IMG/VR virus record: IMGVR_UViG_3300031669_000016
Coordinates: 11,175 to 75,174 of that record
Reading direction: 5' to 3' (one strand)
Length of the DNA stretch: 64,000 nt
Source: a virus
A program made the translations under genes and the position numbers. Position 1 is the stretch's first letter; every line of letters begins with the position of its first letter. Shown one piece after another: positions 10,006 to 21,222 of the stretch. The notes under the pieces are model-generated. The model was not told the origin of the DNA. It searched no databases and saw nothing but the letters and a program-made list of their open reading frames with translations.

Positions 10006-13000
10006 CTGCCAAGCGCTCAATATTCCTATTTGCTCGGAATAGGCTTGGACCCGGTCACCGTCCAAAGGCTGCAGGCACAGCTAATCCAGCTCGCCCAGCA
10101 GGCCTCGAAAGTCGGTACGGCCCAGGCGCGTACCACTGTGGGTGTCACCCCACAGCAAACCACCGCAACCCAACGCGCCACACGTCAGGCCGCGGCTGGC
10201 TTTGCTACTACAAGTAAGCAGGCTACGCAGGCAACCCAAGCAGTCAAAGGCTTCGGTGGCGCGATGCAAGAGGCGGGTCGCGGAATCTCTCATGCCGCGG
10301 GCAAGGTCCTTCTGTGGAGCGTGGCAACAGGTGCGATCTACGGTTCACTGCAAGCCCTCCGCGGTGCTGTCGAGACCATCAACGACGTGGACTTCGCGTT
10401 GACTGGTTTGAGGAAGGTATACGCCGGAAACATCGCTGATCTCGGTCAGATGAAGAGGGCCGCGGTCGATATGGCGATGGCTTATGGTTCTGGAATCTCC
10501 GACGTCCTGAATGGTATGCGCGACTGGGCTCGGCAGGGCTACCGTGCTCGTGATGTAATCGAGTTGACAAGGGTTAGCTTGCTTGCCCAGAACATCGCCG
10601 AGATGGATGCTGTACAAGCAACCCGCTACTTGACGGCGGCCCTGAATCAGTTTGATCTTGAGGCCACTCAAGCAATTACTGTCCTCGACACGTGGAACGA
10701 ACTAAGCAACCGCTATGCCGCAACGACGCAGGACATCGCGGAAGGCACTGCCCGCCTCGGCCGCACCGCCCACGATGCTGGCCTCTCGATCCAAGAAGCC
10801 AGCGCGATGGTCGCCGTTCTAGTCGAGCAGACGAAGCGATCGGGCCAAGAAATCGGAACGGCGATGCGTACCGTTCTGACCTACGCCTATCGCGAGCGCA
10901 ACGTCAAAGAGCTTGAGAAGATCGGCATTTATGTTCGCCGTGAGCGGGGCGAACTGCTGGCTATGATGGACGTTTTGACGCAGCTATCTGTCAAGTGGGA
11001 GGTACTTAGCGATACCCAGCGTCAGGCCATTGCTGAAGCCTTCGGCGTGCGGCGGGTCACCGAGTTCCGGACCCTAATCCAGGGCATGCCCGCCATCCTT
11101 GAGGCGACGCGCATCGCGTATGACAGCCAAGGCTCCGCGTTGCGGGAGAACATCATCTTTCTGGATTCCCTGCAGGTCCGTTATGGGCGGTTGAAGGCCG
11201 CGCTTCAAGCACTCGCGGTCGGAACGGAAACGCAGGATACGTTGAAGAGCATTGTCAGCGTACTCACCAGCCTCGTTACCGTTGTCGATAAGGTTGGCAT
11301 CAAGACCATCTTCGCTGCGGGCGCTCTGGTTCTGATCACGCGCTACACCCAAGCCTACTCGGCCGCGCTGATTACGTTCCATACCCAAATGGTTTTGGGC
11401 ACACAAGCAGTAGCGGCAGGTACGGTGACAATGGCGGCATGGCAACTCCAGGTCAATGCTGCAACACTTGCCCTGCAGCGATTCTGGGTCACACTTGGTC
11501 CTGTTGGTTGGGCCGTGGCCGCTGTTGGTGTTGCTTTCGGGACTTGGAAGGCCATTGATGCTTATGTTTATCGCCATGAGCGTGCGGCACGTGGACTGGA
11601 GCGACAGGCCGAGGACATTGAGCAAACAACCCTGGAGGCGCTTCGCCGCGAAGAAGCTGGCTACCGCGCCCAGGTCGACGCGTTGACGCGGCGTGCCGAA
11701 CTGATCCAATCCTTACGTGATCAGTACGAAGCGGTTGGAAAGAGTACTGATAAGGCCGCGGACAAGCAAAAGCAGATGGCGAAGATCCTCGAACTGCTTC
11801 AAGCCGCAACGGGTGATGCCAGCTTAGCTTTACGCGACGGCTTAGCTCCCGCATTTGGCATCGTCGAGCGCGCCGCACAGAGCGCTCTTATCGGCATTAC
11901 CGATGCGATGGACAAGATGCGGGCCAGTATTGCCCAAACACTGCGGGGACAAATCCAGGGTATTAGGGGCGATATCGAACTGCGCAGAGATGCCGTCGAT
12001 AACTTTGCGAAGGCCGCGGAGAGAGAACGCAAGACGGTCCTTGGCATGTTCGACACTATTGCTAAGGGGCAGAAGCTGTATGTTGACCCCTTTGCCGGTG
12101 TGGATCGAAAAGATGCCGAGGCTGTGTTGTCTCGGACACATGAGATGAAGGATCTGTCCGGCCTGCAGACCGGTGTTACCAACAGGCTCAGCAATGCGGT
12201 GGGTGAGTACAACGTTGCGGCGGGTCGTCGAATCGAGTTGGAGGGTACACTCAAGACCACTGAACAAGCCCTACTCGAACTCGAAATGGAACGCGCCGAT
12301 CTTCCCAAAAGGATCGTATCGGATCCGGATCCGCTCGGCACTAAGAAAGCTGGTAAGAGCCTCCGCAGTTATCAGAATCAGGTCCGATCCGTTATCAATC
12401 TGGTACGCGAACTCCAACAGGCGATGCGGCGTATGGGCGCGGAAGGTCTCGGGCCGTGGTATCAAGAAATCCAACGCTTCGACCAGACTTGGGAGGATAT
12501 GCAGGACCGCGCGCTGATGGCGTTGGACCAGATCAATGAAACCTTGTCCGAAGATATCCCGGCACAGGCGCGCAAAGCCCTGCTTGGGGCACGTGACGAA
12601 CTGGTCGGCGTGCTCAACACCTTCGCTACTCAATATCCCCTAGAGTTCCAGCGCGCATGGGAACGTGCACTGCATATCATCCGCGGCGGTGCTGAGGCAT
12701 TACAGTTCCAGCTCCGTGAGTACCGCGAAGAGTTGGAGAAGACCCTAGCCGATTGGGTTCGGCGCGGTAAGATCACGCCCGACCAGGCAACGGAGATGCA
12801 ACGGCTCGCCACGCTGACCAAGCAATTCGAGGTCATCTCTAAGAGTGCCGATCTGCTGGAACGGCAGTACCAGTTCGAACGACAAATCACAGAACTCGAA
12901 ATGGGGAAGGGTTGGGAGTTCTCGCGTGAACGCGCCGAGATGTTGCGGCGTGATGTGGAGCAGGCCGCCGGCGCGTTGACCGCGTTACTACTGGCTGCTC

Positions 13001-14730
13001 GGGCCGAGGGCGCTGTCGGTGAGACCATCGGGGAGATTATAACGGAAATGCGCGCAAAGGCGTCTGATCTCGCCGATGCCTTACTTACCGCCGAACAGAA
13101 GCTCGTTGGTGCAAATGCAGCGGTGCTGGACTTCCGAGACGGCATTGTTGGGCTTGGTCAAGACCTCGAACTCTTCCTACTCGACCGACTCGGCGATGTT
13201 ACCGGGAAGATCAAGTACCTACAAGACATCTTCCAGCGCGCCCTAGACCTCAAAGATGTCAACGCTCAGATCGCGGCGTTCCGTAGCTTAGTCGAGCTGC
13301 ACCAAGAGCTTGTGGAGGTACAGTACGACTACTTGAAATTGCAGGCCGACACGGACACGTTCCAGCAGTTCGCGTTGTTACAGCAGCGTTACGGCGCGAT
13401 GACCGACCCGCGCGAGCGCATCCGGCTCTGGAAAGAGATGCAGGACATCCAACGCGACTACGCTGACTGGCAACGCGAGGTTGCCGCGGGTATGGAGGAC
13501 TACGGCCTTGACCCCGTGGCGAGGACGACGCGTGAGATCGAGCGGCTGTGGGAGTTACTCGAAGAGTTTCCCCTAACAACAGAAGAGGGGCGGGGGTATT
13601 TCGACGAACTCCTCAGCCGCGCCACGCAGTTTGGTGATGCCTGGCGCGCCGAGGTGAAGCAGCTCAGTAGTAGCTTTAGCGATGCGATGGCCGATGCTAT
13701 CCAAGGCACTGGCGATCTAACCGAAGCAATTGCTGGCATTTTCGAGGACATCGGACGGGAATGGCTGAGGACCTACATTAGCCGTCAGATGGAGGGCGTG
13801 TTCGAGGAGTTGAACCGCGCCGCTTACCGCGCCCGTGGGGAACCTGTTGATAGAGCGACTGACATTATGGGCCGCCTCCGCGAGATCAAACTACCCGAGA
13901 AGCCAGAGCTTCCTGCTCTGGAAGGCCTCGACCTGCAATTGAGTAGCCTTGGTCAGACCTGTTTAGACGCGGCGACAAAAATGGAGCAGTCATTGGTCGC
14001 CATAGATGCGGACACTGCCGCTATCATCGAGCACACCCGCGCACTGGTCGAGTCGGCGCAGCAGATCGGTGCTACGGGTGGTGGTGGGGCCGACTTCAAT
14101 AGCTTGCTCCTTCAAGCAGCGGCTGGAGGCGGGGGTGAGGGTGGAGGCATTCCAGGAGGTGGGGATTACGGAGTGAAGCCGTGGCAAAAGTCGGTGATCG
14201 GAGCCGCTGGACTTTACAGTGCATACGAAACTGGATCACCAATGGCAGGTATGGTTGGTGGTGCCTTAGCATTTGGCCCCTGGGGCGCTGTGGCCGGCCT
14301 TGGTCTTGGAATACTGGGCAAGCGTAAGAAGAAAAAGGAGGCGGATGCCCAGCAGGCCGCGTTCGCACAGAAATTGATGGCGAAATACGGCGCTTTCTGG
14401 TCCCCGCCTGATGTGATGTGGAGTACTACTCCATTCCTTTCCGCAATGGACTATCCTGCCTACGCCTCTTACCGCGGCTACGCCGCACCGAAACCGTCCG
14501 CGGCATATCCTACCGTATCTGCGGCATGGACCGCGCCGACGCGCTACCCCACTGTGACGGCTCCACAATTCGATCTGCGCGAACTGGCACGACGCATCCA
14601 GCCAATCACGGTGAACCTACACGGCACGGGCTATACGGCGCGTGATGCGCGCCAGATCGCCGTTTCGATCCAACGCGAGCAGGCCCGGCTCTACGAGCGC
14701 GAACAAAAAGCCGGGGTTAGGGTGAGGTGA
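10006..14730 (+). CDS. Tape measure protein (TP901-type core); start may be CTG 10006 or TTG 10030
   Basis: About 1570 aa, Ala-rich and helical; LDTWNELSNRYA and RSGQEIGTAMRT motifs; hydrophobic segments. Confidence 0.92.
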   Translation: MPSAQYSYLLGIGLDPVTVQRLQAQLIQLAQQASKVGTAQARTTVGVTPQQTTATQRATRQAAAGFATTSKQATQATQAVKGFGGAMQEAGRGISHAAGKVLLWSVATGAIYGSLQALRGAVETINDVDFALTGLRKVYAGNIADLGQMKRAAVDMAMAYGSGISDVLNGMRDWARQGYRARDVIELTRVSLLAQNIAEMDAVQATRYLTAALNQFDLEATQAITVLDTWNELSNRYAATTQDIAEGTARLGRTAHDAGLSIQEASAMVAVLVEQTKRSGQEIGTAMRTVLTYAYRERNVKELEKIGIYVRRERGELLAMMDVLTQLSVKWEVLSDTQRQAIAEAFGVRRVTEFRTLIQGMPAILEATRIAYDSQGSALRENIIFLDSLQVRYGRLKAALQALAVGTETQDTLKSIVSVLTSLVTVVDKVGIKTIFAAGALVLITRYTQAYSAALITFHTQMVLGTQAVAAGTVTMAAWQLQVNAATLALQRFWVTLGPVGWAVAAVGVAFGTWKAIDAYVYRHERAARGLERQAEDIEQTTLEALRREEAGYRAQVDALTRRAELIQSLRDQYEAVGKSTDKAADKQKQMAKILELLQAATGDASLALRDGLAPAFGIVERAAQSALIGITDAMDKMRASIAQTLRGQIQGIRGDIELRRDAVDNFAKAAERERKTVLGMFDTIAKGQKLYVDPFAGVDRKDAEAVLSRTHEMKDLSGLQTGVTNRLSNAVGEYNVAAGRRIELEGTLKTTEQALLELEMERADLPKRIVSDPDPLGTKKAGKSLRSYQNQVRSVINLVRELQQAMRRMGAEGLGPWYQEIQRFDQTWEDMQDRALMALDQINETLSEDIPAQARKALLGARDELVGVLNTFATQYPLEFQRAWERALHIIRGGAEALQFQLREYREELEKTLADWVRRGKITPDQATEMQRLATLTKQFEVISKSADLLERQYQFERQITELEMGKGWEFSRERAEMLRRDVEQAAGALTALLLAARAEGAVGETIGEIITEMRAKASDLADALLTAEQKLVGANAAVLDFRDGIVGLGQDLELFLLDRLGDVTGKIKYLQDIFQRALDLKDVNAQIAAFRSLVELHQELVEVQYDYLKLQADTDTFQQFALLQQRYGAMTDPRERIRLWKEMQDIQRDYADWQREVAAGMEDYGLDPVARTTREIERLWELLEEFPLTTEEGRGYFDELLSRATQFGDAWRAEVKQLSSSFSDAMADAIQGTGDLTEAIAGIFEDIGREWLRTYISRQMEGVFEELNRAAYRARGEPVDRATDIMGRLREIKLPEKPELPALEGLDLQLSSLGQTCLDAATKMEQSLVAIDADTAAIIEHTRALVESAQQIGATGGGGADFNSLLLQAAAGGGGEGGGIPGGGDYGVKPWQKSVIGAAGLYSAYETGSPMAGMVGGALAFGPWGAVAGLGLGILGKRKKKKEADAQQAAFAQKLMAKYGAFWSPPDVMWSTTPFLSAMDYPAYASYRGYAAPKPSAAYPTVSAAWTAPTRYPTVTAPQFDLRELARRIQPITVNLHGTGYTARDARQIAVSIQREQARLYEREQKAGVRVR

Positions 14731-14734
14731 TGAG

Positions 14735-16111
14735 ATGCTGCGGCGATCCAATGTTGGACGTGTGACACATACACCATTTGCCGACTTTCCGGCGTTGACA
14801 CGAGAACGCTACGTTCTGCCCGCGAATCCGACACGCATCACGGCCGCGGAGGAATCGGCTGCGGAACACATGCGCCTCGCCGGTGGGCACGAGAAGGTTG
14901 TGACACCGTCTCGACATCTCTATCCGGGTGCTGGTAGTGCGCGGCGTGTGTGGTGGCCACTCGTCGAGGTTGAGTTCCCTGATGTCATGCCTGCCGAGTT
15001 TATCCGTCAGCTCCGCGAAATGCAGCATCGCGGTCAGCGCGTCGCGTTCTGGATCCCCGGCCTTGATGAACCTCGGGGTGGGCTTCCCATTCACCGCCGC
15101 TTCCTCGACAAGATGTGGACCGAGGAGGGCACTTACTACTACACAAACGCGCTGCCTTGGAGTGAGAAAGGTCTGCGGCTGTACGACGCCGCTGGCAACC
15201 TGATCTATGAGAACACCGGTTCTGGTAATGATGGAAATGCTTACGGAATTGCATTAGATGGTGGCCATGGACGCATTTCCCGGGGCTCCACAGGTCCGCA
15301 GGACTACTACGCCTCCTATGACCGCCTCGTCTACGGGCACATCGTCTCGATTTCGGTTGACCCCGTACCTGCGGGGCAGTACGCACGGTTCGGACCATCC
15401 GTGGCGATACAAGAAATCGACTTCCCTGTGGTTACGCGCACAAACAAACTGTACTTCACGAAAACGGCGGCTGCAGTTGATGGATTGGCGGCTGAAACAG
15501 CGTCGAGTCAGACACCATCGGGCTGGATGGGTAGCGTCGGCCTCTACGACATGGATCCGCAGTTTGTGTTAGCACCGCAGTCTGTGGGGCAGTTCAAGGT
15601 CGGGAAGGACTTGGATTATCAGTACGATCTCTTCGGTGTCTTCGTCAGTCCGCCACTAGCTGATCAGATCATCGCGGCCGGTACGAAGTGTTCACTCGGC
15701 CTTTGCTACGCCAATGGCTATCCCGAAACCGATCACCTCTGGCCACACGGCTTCGTTTATTTGTGGCGGCCCGGCATCGGAATCGTGGCGGTGTTATCGA
15801 ACACGTCTTATGATCTCAGCATACGTGGCGGCGCGCCCGGCCGCATCCACCACATCGCGGATTGGTATACAACCGGTGCTGTGATCGGTCCCCCCATTGG
15901 TGATTGCGTCGACGTCTTCGATGGCGACCGCATCGTCGCCGAGGTCTGGGGCTATTTCAACCTGCCCATGGAGTCGCCCGATAAAAACACGGTCGCATAT
16001 GGCTTCGGCGGTACCGGTCTGAGCCTCCCACCAGCTCAAAACGTAGTGCTTGATGATACAGTCGGTTTCGTCGAGTTCTCGAATACGCTGTACGTGTTGG
16101 AGCAGGGATAG
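14735..16111 (+). CDS. Distal tail / baseplate protein
   Basis: 458-aa ORF immediately after TMP; synteny. Confidence 0.55.
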   Translation: MLRRSNVGRVTHTPFADFPALTRERYVLPANPTRITAAEESAAEHMRLAGGHEKVVTPSRHLYPGAGSARRVWWPLVEVEFPDVMPAEFIRQLREMQHRGQRVAFWIPGLDEPRGGLPIHRRFLDKMWTEEGTYYYTNALPWSEKGLRLYDAAGNLIYENTGSGNDGNAYGIALDGGHGRISRGSTGPQDYYASYDRLVYGHIVSISVDPVPAGQYARFGPSVAIQEIDFPVVTRTNKLYFTKTAAAVDGLAAETASSQTPSGWMGSVGLYDMDPQFVLAPQSVGQFKVGKDLDYQYDLFGVFVSPPLADQIIAAGTKCSLGLCYANGYPETDHLWPHGFVYLWRPGIGIVAVLSNTSYDLSIRGGAPGRIHHIADWYTTGAVIGPPIGDCVDVFDGDRIVAEVWGYFNLPMESPDKNTVAYGFGGTGLSLPPAQNVVLDDTVGFVEFSNTLYVLEQG

Positions 16112-19100
16112 TGCCTAGTGCTGTGCAGCAAAAACTGGGGCGTATCCTCAAGCGCGCATCGGTAGAATATCAAGCCCGGTTCGTCTGGACCGCGTTGACC
16201 TGGGATACCGATACGCCCTATGATCCTGCGTACACACCACCGATTCGTGCCGCGTCCAGCATAGATCTGGCACCTCACGTTGCGTCGTGGGAGGCGACGC
16301 GCCGGGTGCGTCAGCTCGCCGCAAACCTTACCCTAACTCTCAAAGCCAGCCTCGACGACGCTACGCTTCGTCAGATTGACTACAATGATCTGATCGAGGT
16401 CAGTCTGATAGTCAGTGCTGGAGGCGAGGCAGTAACGGTGAATCTTGGTGCCTACTTCGTAGACCGGATCCCCGAACCAGCAGAAGAGGTGGGGCAGGCC
16501 GGTGAATGGGTTATCGAGGCGCGGGATGCCGCGAAGTTGTTACAACGCCGTCGCTACTACGGCAGGTTGGAGCCGAGCCGCATTCGCGTACCCGCTTCAG
16601 GCTTTGTGGCGCTGTCAAAGCAGGATAAGCCTGGACTTGACTACATCGAGTTCTTCCACGACCCCACTGGACTTGACGCGGTCTTGAGCCGCACCATCAA
16701 TTGGTGCTCATTACCCAAGCCTGTATTTCGTGTCCTAGAAACGAGCGAGTCGGTTGTACCTGATGATGAGAACGTACGCGTCCTCTTCGGCGACGGATTA
16801 GTGCGGATCGGGAGAGAATGGTTCGCCGACAATATCGGTACCAACAACACCCTTCAGGTCGCGTACTATCGCTATGCGCAGTGGGAGGATACGTTCGGGG
16901 CCGCATATGACTTGAACTCGCCAATGGACATCGTTCTGGACATGGCGCTGTGGGCCGGTTTCCAGGACACTGATCCTAACGCACTGCTCTACATCGAACG
17001 GATCGATGATGTGACCTTCCCCATGCCGTTCGATAAGGTCTTCGGACACGACGGCACTGACCACACCGATGATGCCGCCACAGGCGGGGACATCGCTGGG
17101 GCCAATCTCTATTTAGGGGTGTTGTCTCGACGCTTCCCAGCCGTGCATTGGTCGCTCAAGACCGCGGCGACGCATTCGGATACGACTCCACAGTTCTGCT
17201 ACGACTACTGGGATGGTGCTCAATGGGTCGAGATCACACCAGATCAGGACACGACCGATGATCTGCGGCAATCCGGCTTCGTCTCCTGGTTCGGGCAGGA
17301 TCTGAGTGCCTGGGTGGTTTGCCAACCCCTGGCGGTGATGCCAGAGGGTTACTATATACGTGTACGCCAGCTCAACGGCATTGGTGTCGTCTCAACCCTT
17401 ATCATGGCGGGGCATCCGATTCAATGCCAGGACAGTCGTCTCACAACCGATGATGACCTCGTCCCCGAAGATGTATTGGAGCGCCTTGTACGCCCATCCG
17501 TTCCGCCGAACTATCGTTGGGAAGGCACGCGCACCGGCGGCTTTGCTGCCGTGCTTGACGTAGCCAACATTGCAGATCCCGACTTCGAGTTGGTAGATGA
17601 GACACGCGTCAGCATCAGCCCGGAGCGGCCCCATGAGGACGACCTCAAAACCGTTGTGACCTACCGCGGCCAGGCGCGGGAACGTTTGAACGCGGCGTTG
17701 GCCCAGAACGGCGGGGCGTGTTGGAACTTAGTGGCTGATCCTGACGAGGCCACGACGTTCTATCGGCTCATAGACGGCAACACACGAATGGCCATCAACT
17801 TCGCCGGTGCTCTGGGCACCCTACCTGCAGCCGAGACCGTGGTATTCCGCATCGATTTGGGGTGCGTTCGCGGCGAGATTGATCTGCGCGAGATTCGGCC
17901 CTACACACAAAACGCGGACACACCCATTACGATCACGCCCGGAACGGGTGGTGTGACCTGGGCCGACAACGCCTTTGGCACCGCGGTCACGGACGATAGT
18001 GATGCGACCTGGAAGTTGCTGATCGTAAATCTCGGCTGGATCACCTATGCAGACGATCATCAACGCGTCAACTTTGCAACTCCGAAGTCCATCAACCGCG
18101 TTGATTTGAGACTGTCGAATACGGATATCCGTAGGTCTGTACGTGTCGAGATCAAGCTTTCGGGTGAGACGAACTGGCGGCTCGTCGCCGCGGTATCGAA
18201 GCAGATCGGGGCCGCGCCAGAGACCGTTAGTCTGACCAATCTACGGCTCCATAATGTTGTGGGTCTGCGGATCAACGGCCCGATAATGAGTTCGATATGG
18301 GACGGAATCGGAAAACTATACGAACTCGATCTGTTTGGCCCGGACAGTTCCGAACTGATCGGTACGTGGTCGGCTATTGGTGGTGTCGGCGATGTCGACG
18401 ATCTGCACGACGGCAACACCGTTACTGGTATGGTCTTCGCTGCGCGTGGTGAGGGCTTCCAAGTAGACTTTACGACTCCGGGCCTTCTCGACTACTTAGA
18501 GGTCTTTGGTATCATCCACGGCAATATGCTGGTGGAGTATCAGGTAGATGGCGGATCTGTCTGGGAACCCGGAATCTTTCTAACACCAATGCCTGAGTGT
18601 TTGGCAAGCTACACCGCCCTCGGCTGGGCCAATGTCGCCAAGGTACGGTTCCGGGTATTAGGAACCACGCCTGTTCAGGAGCTTTCTGCCATCGAGGTGT
18701 ACACGCCCGCGTATGTGAGCGAGGAGACGACATCGGGCCGCATGGTCGTGCCGGCGAAGTGGCGGATCGAGTACCAAGACGCATCTGACTTCTTATGGTA
18801 CACGCTCTGTTCTGAGGCTGATGGTGCCGCATTCGAGATTCCGAAAAGCGTAATTGACCGCGGTATGTTCGGACCCGAGATCTTTGCGCGCGCGTTACGG
18901 TTCACGATCCTCGCCTGGGGCAAGGATGAGAACGGTAATAGCAATGCCTGGATCGGTGAGATCAAGGTCTGGATCGGGGATACGTTGTATGGCAAAGCGG
19001 TGTTGGGTCTAACAGCACCATTCGATTCTGCGGCTGATCTCGCGCTACAGGGCCGCCTGGGTTGGAAAACCAAGACATACCCGATTGATGTGACGGCGAC

Positions 19101-19341
19101 AACACAGGAAACGGTGGACTACCGCGCCCTCCAGCTGCTTCGGGAGCAGTTACGGATGCCCTACACGCTCTACGCAGTAGATCTACGCTACGATGTCGGG
19201 CTGGGGCAGACCGCACGGCTGCCCGAGCATGTACGGCTCGCCTATGATCTTCCCTACGTATTCTATCTGGTCACCGAAGCGGTTATTGGGGCCGAGGGTG
19301 CCACAACTGCGCCGCTAGTGGAGTGTCTACTATTGCCATAA
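16111..19341 (+). CDS. Baseplate hub / tail tip protein with discoidin-like (carbohydrate-binding) domains
   Basis: 1076 aa; repeated L(I/H)DGNT, RIDLG and 'lsei.v' patterns. Confidence 0.65.
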   Translation: MPSAVQQKLGRILKRASVEYQARFVWTALTWDTDTPYDPAYTPPIRAASSIDLAPHVASWEATRRVRQLAANLTLTLKASLDDATLRQIDYNDLIEVSLIVSAGGEAVTVNLGAYFVDRIPEPAEEVGQAGEWVIEARDAAKLLQRRRYYGRLEPSRIRVPASGFVALSKQDKPGLDYIEFFHDPTGLDAVLSRTINWCSLPKPVFRVLETSESVVPDDENVRVLFGDGLVRIGREWFADNIGTNNTLQVAYYRYAQWEDTFGAAYDLNSPMDIVLDMALWAGFQDTDPNALLYIERIDDVTFPMPFDKVFGHDGTDHTDDAATGGDIAGANLYLGVLSRRFPAVHWSLKTAATHSDTTPQFCYDYWDGAQWVEITPDQDTTDDLRQSGFVSWFGQDLSAWVVCQPLAVMPEGYYIRVRQLNGIGVVSTLIMAGHPIQCQDSRLTTDDDLVPEDVLERLVRPSVPPNYRWEGTRTGGFAAVLDVANIADPDFELVDETRVSISPERPHEDDLKTVVTYRGQARERLNAALAQNGGACWNLVADPDEATTFYRLIDGNTRMAINFAGALGTLPAAETVVFRIDLGCVRGEIDLREIRPYTQNADTPITITPGTGGVTWADNAFGTAVTDDSDATWKLLIVNLGWITYADDHQRVNFATPKSINRVDLRLSNTDIRRSVRVEIKLSGETNWRLVAAVSKQIGAAPETVSLTNLRLHNVVGLRINGPIMSSIWDGIGKLYELDLFGPDSSELIGTWSAIGGVGDVDDLHDGNTVTGMVFAARGEGFQVDFTTPGLLDYLEVFGIIHGNMLVEYQVDGGSVWEPGIFLTPMPECLASYTALGWANVAKVRFRVLGTTPVQELSAIEVYTPAYVSEETTSGRMVVPAKWRIEYQDASDFLWYTLCSEADGAAFEIPKSVIDRGMFGPEIFARALRFTILAWGKDENGNSNAWIGEIKVWIGDTLYGKAVLGLTAPFDSAADLALQGRLGWKTKTYPIDVTATTQETVDYRALQLLREQLRMPYTLYAVDLRYDVGLGQTARLPEHVRLAYDLPYVFYLVTEAVIGAEGATTAPLVECLLLP

Positions 19342-20897
19342 GGATACGTTCTCTCCAATCGCCTAGTGTCCGCGACCTCTGGCTCCGCGATTTGACGCGT
19401 CAGGGCTATGGCGTTCAGGGCATCGGTGCCTTCGGGCCAATGGTTCCGACCCCGATGAGCGGTAGTGCAATGATCCAGCACAACACCTTGCCGGATCTTC
19501 AGGGTGGCAACCCCACAGAAATGGAGTTCTACCATGTCCCGAAGTTGACCCAAGGCTCTGTTCCTTTTGCCGATGCAAACGGTGTACTCGCCGAGGACAA
19601 CCCGAATCTGTTCTGGGATGATGCGGCTAATCGGCTGGGGATCAGGACGGACGCGCCAGGATATCCACTCCATGTGGCGGGCGACATCGCCGCGGGAGTG
19701 GACGGTGTGACTGCGGGTACCTTCTACGCGTTCTCCGTCACCGCCGGGCAGTTTGCCACTCTCAGCTGGAATATGTTGACCTTCAGGCGGCCTAGCAACA
19801 ACTACATCCAGGTAATTCCTGCTGCAGGGCTGGCTGGCAACGTAGAGTTCCGCCTCAAGGACGTGTGGGACGTAGTGCAAAGGGCCTTGCTCTTGACCAG
19901 CACGCCGCAGGCACTCTTCGCGGATGGCGTAGTCGGCGCGCCGGCGGCCTCCTTCATCACCGAAACGACCATGGGCATGTACCGCATCGCCCTGAACCAG
20001 CTCGGACTCGCGGCGGGCGGGGTGCTTGCGCTCACCCTGACGAACACGCCGCAGGCGCTCCTGCGAGATGGAACCGCTGCACTCCCTGGTTTGGCATTCG
20101 GGAGCGAGACTGCCCTGGGCATCGGGCGCGCGGGGGCAGGCACGGGTGGTCTCGCGGTAGGCGGGGCATATGCGGCCTATTGGACGGCTACCGCGTTCCG
20201 GCCGGTCCTCGACAATGTGCTGACGCTCGGCATCGTGGACGTGGGCTTCCAGGCCCTTCACCTCACAAATGCCGCGCATTCACCCGCGGCCGAAGGCGAG
20301 GCGCGCATCAATACCGGGAGCAACGCCTTTGAGCACCGGATCGGGACCGTCGTGCACCGGAACGGTCTCTGCATCTACAGCGGGTCGCCAGTAACCGATA
20401 CCGTCGTGAGCGCCGTTGACCGCACGTTGGATTCCTTCACAATTCCCGCAGCCTACTGGAAGGTGGGGAAGCGAATTACGATAGTCGCACCCATCCTACT
20501 GGAGAGGGAGACCCCAGCGAACTGGGTTCAGGCGAAGTTGTACATCGGGACCACGCAGGTTCTCTACAAGAGAATCACGGTGCCGGGCGCTCCGGGCTGG
20601 ATTTCCGCACACGTTGACTTGGAGATGAGCTTCGTGGTCGGCGCGATTGCTGGGGCTGGCATCACACTCTATCCCACCCGCAACATCCGTTCCTATAACT
20701 GTCAATCTCACGCCGTCTACGATGACATAAACAATCCTGTGACGCCGATACTGGAGATGATCCCGATGGAGCCGGACACACCGGGCATCGCGATTGCTAC
20801 GAATGCTGCCAAGGCTATCGTTGTCAAGTATGCCTGCAATGACGCGACCTCTGTCGTACACGTCTATCTACAGGGGCTCACCATTTATGCGACCTGA
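19323..20897 (+). CDS. Tail fibre / receptor-binding protein
   Basis: GSVPFA...LFWDDAANRLGI..P...LHV.G and duplicated DG....P...F..ET..G fibre motifs. Confidence 0.75.
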   Translation: MSTIAIRIRSLQSPSVRDLWLRDLTRQGYGVQGIGAFGPMVPTPMSGSAMIQHNTLPDLQGGNPTEMEFYHVPKLTQGSVPFADANGVLAEDNPNLFWDDAANRLGIRTDAPGYPLHVAGDIAAGVDGVTAGTFYAFSVTAGQFATLSWNMLTFRRPSNNYIQVIPAAGLAGNVEFRLKDVWDVVQRALLLTSTPQALFADGVVGAPAASFITETTMGMYRIALNQLGLAAGGVLALTLTNTPQALLRDGTAALPGLAFGSETALGIGRAGAGTGGLAVGGAYAAYWTATAFRPVLDNVLTLGIVDVGFQALHLTNAAHSPAAEGEARINTGSNAFEHRIGTVVHRNGLCIYSGSPVTDTVVSAVDRTLDSFTIPAAYWKVGKRITIVAPILLERETPANWVQAKLYIGTTQVLYKRITVPGAPGWISAHVDLEMSFVVGAIAGAGITLYPTRNIRSYNCQSHAVYDDINNPVTPILEMIPMEPDTPGIAIATNAAKAIVVKYACNDATSVVHVYLQGLTIYAT

Positions 20898-21203
20898 TCG
20901 GAGTTCGGCCTGTCTGCGCTCCCAGGGGATTGTGTCGGGTCCGCCCCGGACGCCGTATGATTTACGGAGGGAGGCCCGCATACCCCTCGGGTCCGCGGCG
21001 GGAGGCCCGCCATGCAGGGGTTGTGGGGGGTCCTGTGGAGGCGCATACATGGCGAAGGTTTCGAGGCCCGCGGCCGTGAGGACCTGTTCAGGTTCGGCCG
21101 GCGGGTCGTTCCGGGCGTGCATGTACCCCGTGGTGGAAACGACGAGGAAGATCATGCCGACGAGGAAGGTCGCGAGCAGGAGCAAGGCCAGAATGGGTTT
21201 CAT
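20868..21203 (-). CDS. Small membrane or secreted protein (moron-like)
   Basis: MKPILALLLLATFLVGMIFLVV hydrophobic N-terminus; AGGAGG RBS; own promoter; opposite strand to the tail operon. Confidence 0.6.
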   Translation of the reverse strand: MKPILALLLLATFLVGMIFLVVSTTGYMHARNDPPAEPEQVLTAAGLETFAMYAPPQDPPQPLHGGPPAADPRGMRASLRKSYGVRGGPDTIPWERRQAELRSGRINGEPL

Positions 21204-21222
21204 GGTGTCCCCTCCTGAGTTC

